A stretch of 64,000 nucleotides of DNA from Candidatus Dormiibacterota bacterium (GTDB lineage: Bacteria > Chloroflexota > Dormibacteria > CF-121), in assembly GCA_035716185.1 (NCBI GenBank), contig DASTJZ010000055.1, positions 13,565-77,564 on the forward strand. The letters run 5' to 3'. Below are positions 56,689 through 64,000 of this stretch, one piece after another. How positions within the stretch are numbered: position 1 is the first letter of the stretch; each line of letters starts with the position of its first letter. Position numbers and translations under genes: made by a program. Below the pieces are notes generated by a model. The model was not told the DNA's origin. It made no database searches and worked only from the letters and a program-made list of their open reading frames with translations.

Positions 56689-57012
56689 CGGCGGCGACGA
56701 AGGCGTGGGTGGCGAAGGCGTGGGTGGCGAAGGCGTGGGCGGCTTGGGATAGCGAGAGTACGGCGTTCGCCGTTCCACCGCGGCGCTGAGCCGCGCGAGA
56801 CCCACATCGATGCCGCTGTGTTTGCTCAAGCGGTCAACGTGCTCGATCGGAACAAAGACGCGATCTCCATCGGCGTATTCGAGCTGGAGATACTCGGCTT
56901 TTGAGCCGTCGGCCGCTTGCAAGACTCGGGTTCCGACGTAACGGCACACGCCATGGGTGGCGTGTACCACCAGATCGCCTGGTTGAAATGGGGCGACGAA
57001 CTCGGTTGGCAC
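56683..57012 (-). CDS. CarD_CdnL_TRCF-domain protein (RNA-polymerase-interacting domain only) with PTPSPP-repeat tail
   Basis: 109 aa. FQPGDLVVHATHGVCRYVG…EYLQLEYADGDRVFVPIEHVDRL is the CarD/TRCF RID fold. The tail repeats (PTPSPP)x3. Confidence 0.7.
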   Translation of the reverse strand: MPTEFVAPFQPGDLVVHATHGVCRYVGTRVLQAADGSKAEYLQLEYADGDRVFVPIEHVDRLSKHSGIDVGLARLSAAVERRTPYSRYPKPPTPSPPTPSPPTPSSPPK

Positions 57013-57103
57013 CGCCTAAGCCTACGCCATTGTGTCGCGCCACGAGCGGTCGACTGTAACGCCCGAGCGAATTTACGAGATAGCGCCGCCCGGGAGGTCA
57101 CTG

Positions 57104-57841
57104 ATGGAATGGATTGATGGCGCGTCGCCGCGTCTGAGGGCCCGGCTCGCCGGTCTCGTCTATCTGCTCTTCTTCCTGACCTCGGTCGTGGGCGCGATCG
57201 TCGCGCCGGCGGTGAGCGAACTCGGCGGTGTGTCCGGTGACGCCGGGGCAACGGCGAAGTACATCATTACCCACGAAGCCTCGGTTCGCGTGGCGATTGC
57301 CCTGGGCCTGGTCTCGACCGCATGCTATGTCGCGCTGATGGCCCTTTTCTATCAGCTCTTCAGACCGGTCAGCAGAACCTTCGCGTTACTCGCCCTGGTC
57401 TTCGGGCTGGTGGGATCGGCGATCACGGGTTTCGGCAGCCTCTTTCAGGTTGCCCCCCTGGTGGTCCTGAAAGGCGACACTTATCTGAGCATCTTTGACG
57501 CCCGCCAGCTGCAAGCCCTGGCACTCCTGTTCCTGAACCTCAACGTGCAGCTCGGCTCGATCGCCCTCGTCTTCTTCGGCGCGTTTCAGCTAGCCCTCGG
57601 TTACCTGATCATCCGCTCGACGTTCCTGCCTCGATTCCTTGGGGTGCTGATTGCCCTTGCCGGATTGGGCTGGCTGGTCTTCCTGGCCCCACCGCTCGCA
57701 AATGCGCTGCTGACTTACCTGGAGGTGCTCGGCTTTGCCGCGGAGGCATCGCTGATGCTCTGGCTCCTGGTGCTCGGTGTCAACGAGCAGCGCTGGACGG
57801 AGCAGGCGGCTAGAAACAAATATCAATCCTTGGCTCCGTAA
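57104..57841 (+). CDS. DUF4386-like integral membrane protein
   Basis: ATG at 57104 with a GGGAGG RBS. Six TM segments. Confidence 0.65.
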   Translation: MEWIDGASPRLRARLAGLVYLLFFLTSVVGAIVAPAVSELGGVSGDAGATAKYIITHEASVRVAIALGLVSTACYVALMALFYQLFRPVSRTFALLALVFGLVGSAITGFGSLFQVAPLVVLKGDTYLSIFDARQLQALALLFLNLNVQLGSIALVFFGAFQLALGYLIIRSTFLPRFLGVLIALAGLGWLVFLAPPLANALLTYLEVLGFAAEASLMLWLLVLGVNEQRWTEQAARNKYQSLAP

Positions 57842-58428
57842 TCGGACAGGCCTGACGACAGCAGCGCGAAGACGCGCTCTGCGATCTGCCGGCGTCGTTT
57901 GGGCTGCTCGCGCGCTGCGGCGGCCGCGACACGGATCGCCCCAGTAAGGGCAGCCGCTACCACTCGCGGTTCGGGATCTCCCGGTTTGGCACCGACATCC
58001 TCGGCGATCGCTCCGGCCAAGAGGTCCTCCCAACGGTTCCACCGCTCGCGCAGGCGGCTTGCAATGGCGGGATGCTGGAGAAGCTCGGCAACTCCCGGCG
58101 ACCGCGTCGAGGTTATTCGAGCCGCTGCCTCGCGGTCCTCCAGCAGGAGCGAACGGATCGCTTTGAGGATTGGTTGCCGGCGATCGCGCTGCCGAATTGC
58201 CTGAACCAGTCTGTCGAGCCGGTCGTCTCCGGCCCCGAGAAAGACGTCTTCCTTGGTTTCGAAATAGCTAAAAAAGGTCCGTGGCGCCACATCGGCTGCG
58301 TTGGCAATGTCAGCAACCGTCACCCGCTCGAACCCTTTCTCTCGGTACAGCCGCTTCGCAGCATCGATCAGGGCCTGGCGCGTCTGCTGTTTCTTGCGTG
58401 CCCGGCGGCCTACCTCGGCTTTCCCCAT
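57823..58428 (-). CDS. TetR/AcrR family transcriptional regulator
   Basis: HTH motif …RVTVADIANAADVAPRTFFSYFETKEDV… Start at the internal ATG (58428). Divergent from the membrane-protein/MMPL genes. Confidence 0.85.
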   Translation of the reverse strand: MGKAEVGRRARKKQQTRQALIDAAKRLYREKGFERVTVADIANAADVAPRTFFSYFETKEDVFLGAGDDRLDRLVQAIRQRDRRQPILKAIRSLLLEDREAAARITSTRSPGVAELLQHPAIASRLRERWNRWEDLLAGAIAEDVGAKPGDPEPRVVAAALTGAIRVAAAAAREQPKRRRQIAERVFALLSSGLSDYGAKD

Positions 58429-58497
58429 CAGCAAAGTCTCGCGCCTGCTACTATTCTGCACTAATGCAATAATGCAGGACTGCATGATCTCAGGAGC

Positions 58498-59067
58498 TTG
58501 ATGGCCACCCACGTGCAAGCCAATGCGCGACTGACCAGTTCGGTGGGGCTAGTCCTCCTGCTACCGCTCGCTCTGGTGCTCGGCACCGGTCTGGCCGTCC
58601 AGCGCTTCCTGGTGATCCACGCCCTGCTGGGCTTCTTCCTGATTCCACTCGTGCTGCTCAAGCTGGGCAGCACCGGGTATCGATTCGTCCGCTATTACGC
58701 GGGCGATCCAGGCTATCGGAGCGCCGGACCACCGCGCCCGGCAATGCGCATCCTCGGGCCGGTGACTGTGATACTGACGGTGGCGCTCTTCGCGACCGGC
58801 ATCGAACTCTGGCTCTTCGGTTTCCGATTTGCCTGGGCGCCTCTGCACCACGCCTCAGCCTATCTCTGGTTCGTCGCGATGCTGGTGCATGTCATCAACT
58901 ATTTCCGCCAATCGTCTCGTCTGGCGATCGCGGATTGGCGCCAGGCCTTCCACGGCCGGTTTTCGCGGCAGGCGTTCGTGCTGGCCAGTCTGGTCGTCGG
59001 CATCATCGTGGCGGTCGCGATGCTCCCGTTCACCACTCCTTTTGCGCTGCCGTCGGGCGGCGGATAG
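58498..59067 (+). CDS. integral membrane protein (4-5 TM), unknown function, upstream partner of MMPL
   Basis: Hydrophobic 189-aa ORF. Its TAG stop is in frame with the downstream MMPL ORF. Confidence 0.65.
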   Translation: MMATHVQANARLTSSVGLVLLLPLALVLGTGLAVQRFLVIHALLGFFLIPLVLLKLGSTGYRFVRYYAGDPGYRSAGPPRPAMRILGPVTVILTVALFATGIELWLFGFRFAWAPLHHASAYLWFVAMLVHVINYFRQSSRLAIADWRQAFHGRFSRQAFVLASLVVGIIVAVAMLPFTTPFALPSGGG

Positions 59068-59151
59068 CGAGGAAGCACCACGTTCCAGGCTCTGGCCCGC
59101 TTCGACATCAAGTTCCGATGGCTGATTCTCGGCCTCTGGATCGTTGGCACC

Positions 59152-61335
59152 GTGGCTGCTGCTCGGACACTGCCCAGCCTCGCCAGTGTCACGCAGTCCA
59201 GTAACGCTCAGTTCCTGCCAGCCAGCGCACCCAGCCAGCATGCCGCAACCCTGGCGGCTCCATTCCAGACCACGAATGTCGGGGCGACCGCCTTGATGAT
59301 CGCGACCAGAGGTGACGGGATTTTGACGGCGTCGGATGACGCGGCGGTCGACCGGGCTGAACAGGCGATCGGGGAACTGCCGGGGGTCGTCAGCGTGCGT
59401 GATCAGGGCCGTTCAGCCGATGGGCAGGCGCGCAAGGCTCTCGTCGTCACGGAGTCAAATGGCGGAAACGCCGGGAATCCGGACCTGATCAACCGGATCC
59501 GGGTGGCCTTCACGCAGTCGGATCCGCCAGCCGGTCTCAGCTTTCACCTGACGGGCCCCCTGGCCCAGGCGACCGATGCAGCGGCGTCGACCTCACAGAG
59601 CGGCACCAAGATTCGCGTGTTCAGCGTGCTCTTCGTCATCGTGCTGCTGTTCCTGGTTTACCGCGCCCTGCTGGCGCCGCTGGTCACGCTCGTTCCGGCC
59701 GTCTTGGCGCTGCTCGCCTCGGGGCCGTTGATCGCAAAAGCCAGTCAGCTTGGCCTGCCGGTGTCGATTGCCACCCAGACGCTGCTCCCGGTTCTTTTGA
59801 TCGGGGCCGGGACGGACTATGGACTGTTCCTCGTTTTCCGTGTTCGCGAAGAGATCCGTCGCGGGGCCCATGCGACCGATGCGCTGGTGGCCGCGATGAG
59901 TCGGGTTGGCATGTCGGTCACCTATTCTGGCCTGACCGTCATCGCTGCGCTGGGCTGCTTGGTCGCGGCGTCCTTCGCGCTTTATCGAGGCCTTGGACCG
60001 TCGCTCGCGCTCGGCGTGGCGGTCATTCTGCTTGCCGCGCTGACGTTGTTGCCGGCGCTGCTGGCAATTTTCGGGCGGGCCGTGTTCTGGCCCTCTCGCC
60101 CAGCAGCCGGGCAGCAGACGACTGGCGCCTGGGGACGGGTCGCCGCTCGCGCCGTTCGTCATCCCCTAGCCGTGTTGCCGATCGGTGCAGCCTTATTCGC
60201 CGTGCTGTCAGCCGGGATTGCGGCCTTCGCGGTTGGCGGTGTCTCGGCCGGCAGCCCCGCTGGAAGCGACTCCGCGGCCGGGGACGCTGCCATCAGCGCC
60301 CATTTCCCATCGTCGAACCGAAATCCCGAAGATCTCTTGCTGCGCTTCGCGAAGCCCATCTGGGACCAGCCCGACAAGCTCGCCGGGGCGGCGAGCCGGC
60401 TCAGCGCAGCGCCCATTTTTCAGTCGCTGTCCGGCCCGCTCGACCCGAACGGCAGCACCATTGCGGTCGATCAGCTGGTCTCATTGCACGCGCAGCTTGG
60501 GCCAGCGGCTGGACTGCCGCAATCACCGCCTGCCGGTGTCCAGGTGTCTCCCACGGCGTACCAGGCCTATCGAAGTACCGCCCAGTTCATCAGTGTGGAT
60601 GGTCGCACAGTGCAGTTTTACGCGGTCATCGCGGCTGGTCCGTCGGGGAGCCAGTCCGCAATTGCCTCGATTCCGGAGGTCCGCCGCACGCTTGCCCAGG
60701 CCGCCGCATCCGTGGGAGCTGATGACAACGGCGTGCTGGGGCTCGACGCGGTGGCCTACGACATCAACAATTACTCGACCTCCGATCTACTCCTGATCGC
60801 GCCCCTCGTGATCGTCGCGCTTGCCATTTTGCTTGCCTTGCTGTTGCGGAGCCTGATTGCGCCGATCTACCTGGTTGCGACGGTTGCGCTTTCGTTTCTG
60901 GCGGCGCTTGGGTTCAGCTCGCTGATCTTCATCAAGCTGGTTGGTGATGCCAGCATCAACTTCGTGATCCCGATCCTGCTCTTCATCTTTGCCATGGCCC
61001 TGGGTGAGGACTACAACATTCTGCTGATGACTCGCGTTCGCGAGGAGGCACAGCGTCACCCACTTGGCGAGGCTCTGGTTCGCGCGGTTGGACATACGGG
61101 CGCCACCATCACCTCAGCCGGCCTTATCCTCGCCGGGACCTTTACGGTTCTCGCTATTGCCGGAAACTCGGATCAATCTCGACAGCTCGGCTTCACGATT
61201 GCCTTTGCCATCTTGCTGGACACCTTCTTTGTCCGCACGCTCCTGGTTCCCTCGATCGCGATGCTACTGGGGCGCTCGAACTGGTGGCCCTCCGCCCTGT
61301 GGCGTCGGACGGACGCTGATCGCTCGTACCCTTAG
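59152..61335 (+). CDS. MMPL family RND-type transporter (true start probably upstream, between 59068 and 59152)
   Basis: MMPL TM/periplasmic architecture. The conserved N-terminal helix RFDIKFRWLILGLWIVG is encoded upstream of the first GTG, with no canonical start codon there. Confidence 0.75.
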   Translation: MAAARTLPSLASVTQSSNAQFLPASAPSQHAATLAAPFQTTNVGATALMIATRGDGILTASDDAAVDRAEQAIGELPGVVSVRDQGRSADGQARKALVVTESNGGNAGNPDLINRIRVAFTQSDPPAGLSFHLTGPLAQATDAAASTSQSGTKIRVFSVLFVIVLLFLVYRALLAPLVTLVPAVLALLASGPLIAKASQLGLPVSIATQTLLPVLLIGAGTDYGLFLVFRVREEIRRGAHATDALVAAMSRVGMSVTYSGLTVIAALGCLVAASFALYRGLGPSLALGVAVILLAALTLLPALLAIFGRAVFWPSRPAAGQQTTGAWGRVAARAVRHPLAVLPIGAALFAVLSAGIAAFAVGGVSAGSPAGSDSAAGDAAISAHFPSSNRNPEDLLLRFAKPIWDQPDKLAGAASRLSAAPIFQSLSGPLDPNGSTIAVDQLVSLHAQLGPAAGLPQSPPAGVQVSPTAYQAYRSTAQFISVDGRTVQFYAVIAAGPSGSQSAIASIPEVRRTLAQAAASVGADDNGVLGLDAVAYDINNYSTSDLLLIAPLVIVALAILLALLLRSLIAPIYLVATVALSFLAALGFSSLIFIKLVGDASINFVIPILLFIFAMALGEDYNILLMTRVREEAQRHPLGEALVRAVGHTGATITSAGLILAGTFTVLAIAGNSDQSRQLGFTIAFAILLDTFFVRTLLVPSIAMLLGRSNWWPSALWRRTDADRSYP

Positions 61336-61338
61336 GCC

Positions 61339-61761
61339 GTGACGCTTGCCGTCGAACAGTTCAACCGCCGCCTGCTGCGAGCCCGCGACGCGATGGACCG
61401 CACCTATGCCGAGCCGCTCGACATCCCCCGGCTGGCCGCCATCGCCAGCCTCTCGCAAGCGCACTTCATCCGCAGCTTCCGCGCCACCTTCGGTGAGACG
61501 CCGCACCGCTACTTGCAGCTCCGCCGGGTGGAGCGCGCCATGTTCCTGCTCACCGAAACAGATCGGGCGGTCACCGATATCTGCTTCGACGTCGGCTTCA
61601 CCAGCCTGGGCACTTTTAGCCGGACCTTCCGCGACATCGTCGGAGAGTCGCCGACCAGCTACCGGGAGCGGGGGCCGATTACGGTTGCGCCGACCTGCTT
61701 CATGATGGCCGCTATGCGACCGAGCAGATTTGGAGAAGCGAGCTCGCCAAACCGGCACTAG
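61339..61761 (+). CDS. AraC family HTH domain protein (short)
   Basis: HTH_AraC region present (…IASLSQAHFIRSFRATFGETPHRYLQLRRVERAMFLL…). Confidence 0.7.
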   Translation: MTLAVEQFNRRLLRARDAMDRTYAEPLDIPRLAAIASLSQAHFIRSFRATFGETPHRYLQLRRVERAMFLLTETDRAVTDICFDVGFTSLGTFSRTFRDIVGESPTSYRERGPITVAPTCFMMAAMRPSRFGEASSPNRH

Positions 61762-61772
61762 ACTCGGCGCAT
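61705..61772 (+). repeat. copy 1 of a ~65-bp duplicated segment (ATGCGaCCGAGCA..TTTGGAGAAGCG…CATGTTCA)
   Basis: About 75% identical to 62218-62284. Overlaps the 3' end of the AraC-like ORF. Confidence 0.5.
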
Positions 61773-61802
61773 GTTCACCAAAAACAGCCTCAGGAGGATG
61801 TC

Positions 61803-62141
61803 ATGAACCTGCTCGTTTTTCCCGCGCCCGACCTCGCGAAATCGAAGGCTCTGTTTCGAACCTTGCTGGGCACCGACCCGTATGTCGACAGCTCCTTCTA
61901 TGTCGGCTTTCGCACCAACGGGCTGGAAATCGGTCTCGACCCCAACGGTAAGAGCGCTGGCCCGATCGCCTACTGGGAAGTCGACGACATCGAGGGAGCG
62001 CTGAAGCGGCTGCTGGACGCCGGCGCTGAGAAGGTGCAGGACCCGCACGACGTTGGCCGTGGGTTGCTGGTCGCCCAGGCCCGCGACGCCGGCGGCAGCA
62101 CCATCGGATTGAGGTCGGCGTCCCTGGCGAAAAAGCGCTGA
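61803..62141 (+). CDS. VOC (glyoxalase) family protein
   Basis: 112-aa glyoxalase-like protein. RBS AGGAGGA precedes the ATG. Confidence 0.7.
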   Translation: MNLLVFPAPDLAKSKALFRTLLGTDPYVDSSFYVGFRTNGLEIGLDPNGKSAGPIAYWEVDDIEGALKRLLDAGAEKVQDPHDVGRGLLVAQARDAGGSTIGLRSASLAKKR

Positions 62142-62171
62142 CGCGCGGCCGACGCTGCATCGATCCGCGAC

Positions 62172-62194
62172 CGAGGGCGCCCGAATGGCGCCCT
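62172..62194 (+). promoter_or_regulatory. hairpin GAGGGCGCC-CGAATG-GGCGCCCTC, 30 nt after the VOC stop (terminator-like, no U-tract)
   Basis: Read directly in the sequence. Shares the stem core GGGCGCC/GGCGCCC with the terminator at 56659. Confidence 0.3.
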
Positions 62195-62217
62195 CCGATC
62201 CTATCCAGGGACTCGCC

Positions 62218-62284
62218 GATCGCATGCGGCCGAGCACTTTTGGAGAAGCGGGTGCAGCGGACCGCCACTAAAATCGGCCCATGT
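62218..62284 (+). repeat. copy 2 of the ~65-bp duplicated segment, ending in the ATG of the second VOC gene
   Basis: Encodes the AraC-tail-like peptide MRPSTFGEAGAADRH-stop. Copy 1 encodes …MRPSRFGEASSPNRH-stop. Confidence 0.5.
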
Positions 62285-62712
62285 TCAACGCCATCTCCGT
62301 CACCTCGATCTTTGTCCTCGACCAGAATCAGGCGCTCGACTTTTACGTGGGCAAGCTGGGCTTCGAGGTCGGCCGCGACATCCAGAACGGGCCCTTCCGC
62401 TGGCTGACGGTGCGGGTGCCGGAGGATCCTGCGCACGAGGTCTTTCTGATGCAGCCGGGACCGCCCGTCATGGATGAGGCGACCGCCGAGCAGATCCGGG
62501 CGCTGGTGAGCAAAGGGGCGATGAGCTCGCTCGTCCTCGCCACCAGCGACTGCCGCAAGACAGCCGAGACGCTGAAGGCCCGTGGCGTCGAATTCACGCA
62601 GGAGCCCACCGAACACGGCTACGGCGTCGACTGCGGGATCCGGGATCCGTTCGGCAACGCGATCCGGATCCTCCAGCCGAAGCATGCACGCGCCGCCGCC
62701 GGCAGTCGCTGA
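62281..62712 (+). CDS. VOC (glyoxalase/bleomycin-resistance) family protein
   Basis: 143-aa glyoxalase fold. Confidence 0.75.
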   Translation: MFNAISVTSIFVLDQNQALDFYVGKLGFEVGRDIQNGPFRWLTVRVPEDPAHEVFLMQPGPPVMDEATAEQIRALVSKGAMSSLVLATSDCRKTAETLKARGVEFTQEPTEHGYGVDCGIRDPFGNAIRILQPKHARAAAGSR

Positions 62713-62912
62713 CCCGATGTGCTGGTACGGCGGCGTAACCCTTGTGGTTGGCGATCCGAAGCAGACCGAAGAGGTTGACCACGGCCCCCGTCGCCAGCTG
62801 GTATCGGAGATCGCAGGATGGATGTTCTTAATGCCCGCCGAGGCGGCAGCCGAAGAAGAGAACAGCTTGGGAGACCGTGCTGCTGAGCTGCACGCCGTGG
62901 GGCAGCTACCAC

Positions 62913-64000
62913 GTGGATGACGTCCTGACGAAGGCCGGGAGTTCGGGGCCGCGCCCTGACGGCAAGCCTGCCTCCGCCCCCCGTCGCCAAACGCACGCAG
63001 CCGATTCGCACGATCTCATCCGGGTGCAGGGTGCCCGGGAGAACAACTTGAAGAACGTGAGCGTGCAGATCCCCAAGCGGCGGCTGACGGTCCTCACCGG
63101 TGTCTCGGGCTCGGGCAAAAGCTCCCTCGTCTTCGCCACCATCGCCGCGGAATCGCAGCGGCTGATCAACGAGACGTACAGCGCCTTCGTCCAGGGATTC
63201 ATGCCAAGCCTGAGCCGCCCAGACGTGGACCTGCTCGAAGGAGTAACCACCGCGATCGTGGTCGACCAGGAACGGATGGGCGCCAATTCCCGTTCCACGG
63301 TGGGTACCGCCACCGATGCGAACGCGATGCTTCGCATTGCATTCAGCCGCCTCGGTAAGCCGAGCGCCGGACCGGCGTTCCACTACGGCTTCAACCTGCC
63401 GGCCGGGTGGTGCCCGAAGTGCGAAGGCATGGGGACCGTCACCGACATCGACCTCGACGAGTTGTTCGACCGCGACAAGTCACTCGCCCAGGGCGCCATC
63501 AGCATCCCGGGCTACACCGCCGACGGCTGGAATGTGCGTATCTTCGCGCAGTCCGGCTTTGTCGACCCGAAGAAACCGATCCGCAAATACACCAAGCAGG
63601 AGCTTCACGACTTCCTCTACAAGGAGCCGGTCAAGGTCAAGATCGGGTCCATCAACCTGACGTACGAAGGGCTCGTCCCGAAGGTACAGAAGTCCTTCCT
63701 GCAGAAAGACAAGGAAGCGCTACAGCCGCACATCCGCGCGTTTGTCGAGCGCGCCGTGACCTTCACCACCTGCCCGGAGTGCGGCGGTTCGCGGCTCAAT
63801 GAGGCGGCGCTGGCCTCGCGGATCGATGGCATCAACATCGCGGATGCCTGCGCCATGCAGATCAGCGACCTGGCGCAGTGGGGGCGTGGCATCACCGAAC
63901 CCTCGGTCGCTCCACTGCTCGCGACGCTGCGCCAGACCCTCGATTCATTCGTCGAGGTCGGGCTCGGCTACCTCAGCCTCGATCGGCCGTCGGGGACGCT
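62913..64000 (+). CDS. UvrA-like ABC ATPase (excinuclease ABC subunit A family / paralogue); N-terminal part, continues beyond window
   Basis: Not in the ORF track because it has no stop inside the window. Translation gives …IRVQGARENNLKNVSVQIPKRRLTVLTGVSGSGKSSLVF… and zinc-finger CPKCEG / CPECGG. First possible start is the GTG at 62913. Confidence 0.75.
   Translation, partial: MDDVLTKAGSSGPRPDGKPASAPRRQTHAADSHDLIRVQGARENNLKNVSVQIPKRRLTVLTGVSGSGKSSLVFATIAAESQRLINETYSAFVQGFMPSLSRPDVDLLEGVTTAIVVDQERMGANSRSTVGTATDANAMLRIAFSRLGKPSAGPAFHYGFNLPAGWCPKCEGMGTVTDIDLDELFDRDKSLAQGAISIPGYTADGWNVRIFAQSGFVDPKKPIRKYTKQELHDFLYKEPVKVKIGSINLTYEGLVPKVQKSFLQKDKEALQPHIRAFVERAVTFTTCPECGGSRLNEAALASRIDGINIADACAMQISDLAQWGRGITEPSVAPLLATLRQTLDSFVEVGLGYLSLDRPSGT

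Overview
This is a high-GC (about 67%), densely coding bacterial chromosomal segment. Genes overlap in the coupled patterns ATGA and TGATG, and many use GTG or TTG starts. The gene content fits Actinomycetota: an Mce operon, MMPL transporters, an ECF sigma factor with a ZAS anti-sigma factor, an LLM-class oxidoreductase, PspA, and a CarD-domain protein.

No rRNA or tRNA genes, CRISPR arrays, or mobile elements were found.

Layout in order:
- 1-6345 (minus strand): a reductive pyrimidine or hydantoin catabolic operon. It encodes an NCS1 permease, an LLM oxidoreductase, a nitrilase-family N-carbamoyl amidohydrolase, a dihydropyrimidinase, and a CoA-acylating (methyl)malonate-semialdehyde dehydrogenase that runs off the left edge.
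- 6422-8148: a membrane protein and an AraC regulator with a GyrI-like domain.
- 8186-11624 (minus): an ECF sigma factor, a ZAS anti-sigma factor, and an ABC-2 exporter.
- 11829-21049: a complete mce operon with yrbEA, yrbEB, an embedded Mkl-type ATPase, and six Mce proteins.
- 21027-23429: an MMPL transporter that overlaps the end of the mce operon.
- 23426-27841: a secreted CocE/NonD hydrolase, an enoyl-CoA hydratase, and an aldehyde dehydrogenase.
- 27973-33887: a five-gene peptide/opine-type (family 5 solute-binding protein) ABC importer.
- 33925-34869: a secreted Tim44-like protein.
- 34926-35651: a 4Fe-4S base-excision glycosylase.
- 35572-36300: a rhodanese-CBS gene interrupted by an in-frame TGA.
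- 36330-38253: pirin and two tandem paralogous lipoproteins.
- 38418-40255: a DrrAB-like ABC exporter.
- 40361-42826: a PAS-GGDEF-EAL protein.
- 42857-46092: DedA, HtpX, a hypothetical protein, and PspA.
- 46632-50372: a Bce-like module (NarL-family histidine kinase and response regulator with an ABC transporter).
- 50472-55011: assorted small genes (SRPBCC, PhnB/VOC, ArsR, AlkA-like, YceI, HxlR, DUF proteins).
- 55154-56635: a DEAD-box helicase (DEGD variant) fused to a cold-shock domain, ending in a clean intrinsic terminator.
- 56683-57012: a CarD-domain protein.
- 57823-61335: a TetR regulator, a membrane protein, and a second MMPL transporter.
- 61339-62712: an AraC-like regulator and two VOC genes preceded by a duplicated ~65-bp segment.
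- 62913-64000: a UvrA-like gene running off the right edge.

The most novel-looking items are listed below.
- An LLM (F420- or flavin-type) oxidoreductase sits where the dihydropyrimidine dehydrogenase would normally be.
- A rhodanese gene carries a TGA codon at its catalytic-loop position.
- The helicase-Csp fusion has an internal RBS and ATG that could express Csp on its own.
- Several candidate operators are present, including tandem 31-bp dyad repeats.
- The mce operon and the MMPL gene are overlapped and apparently coupled.
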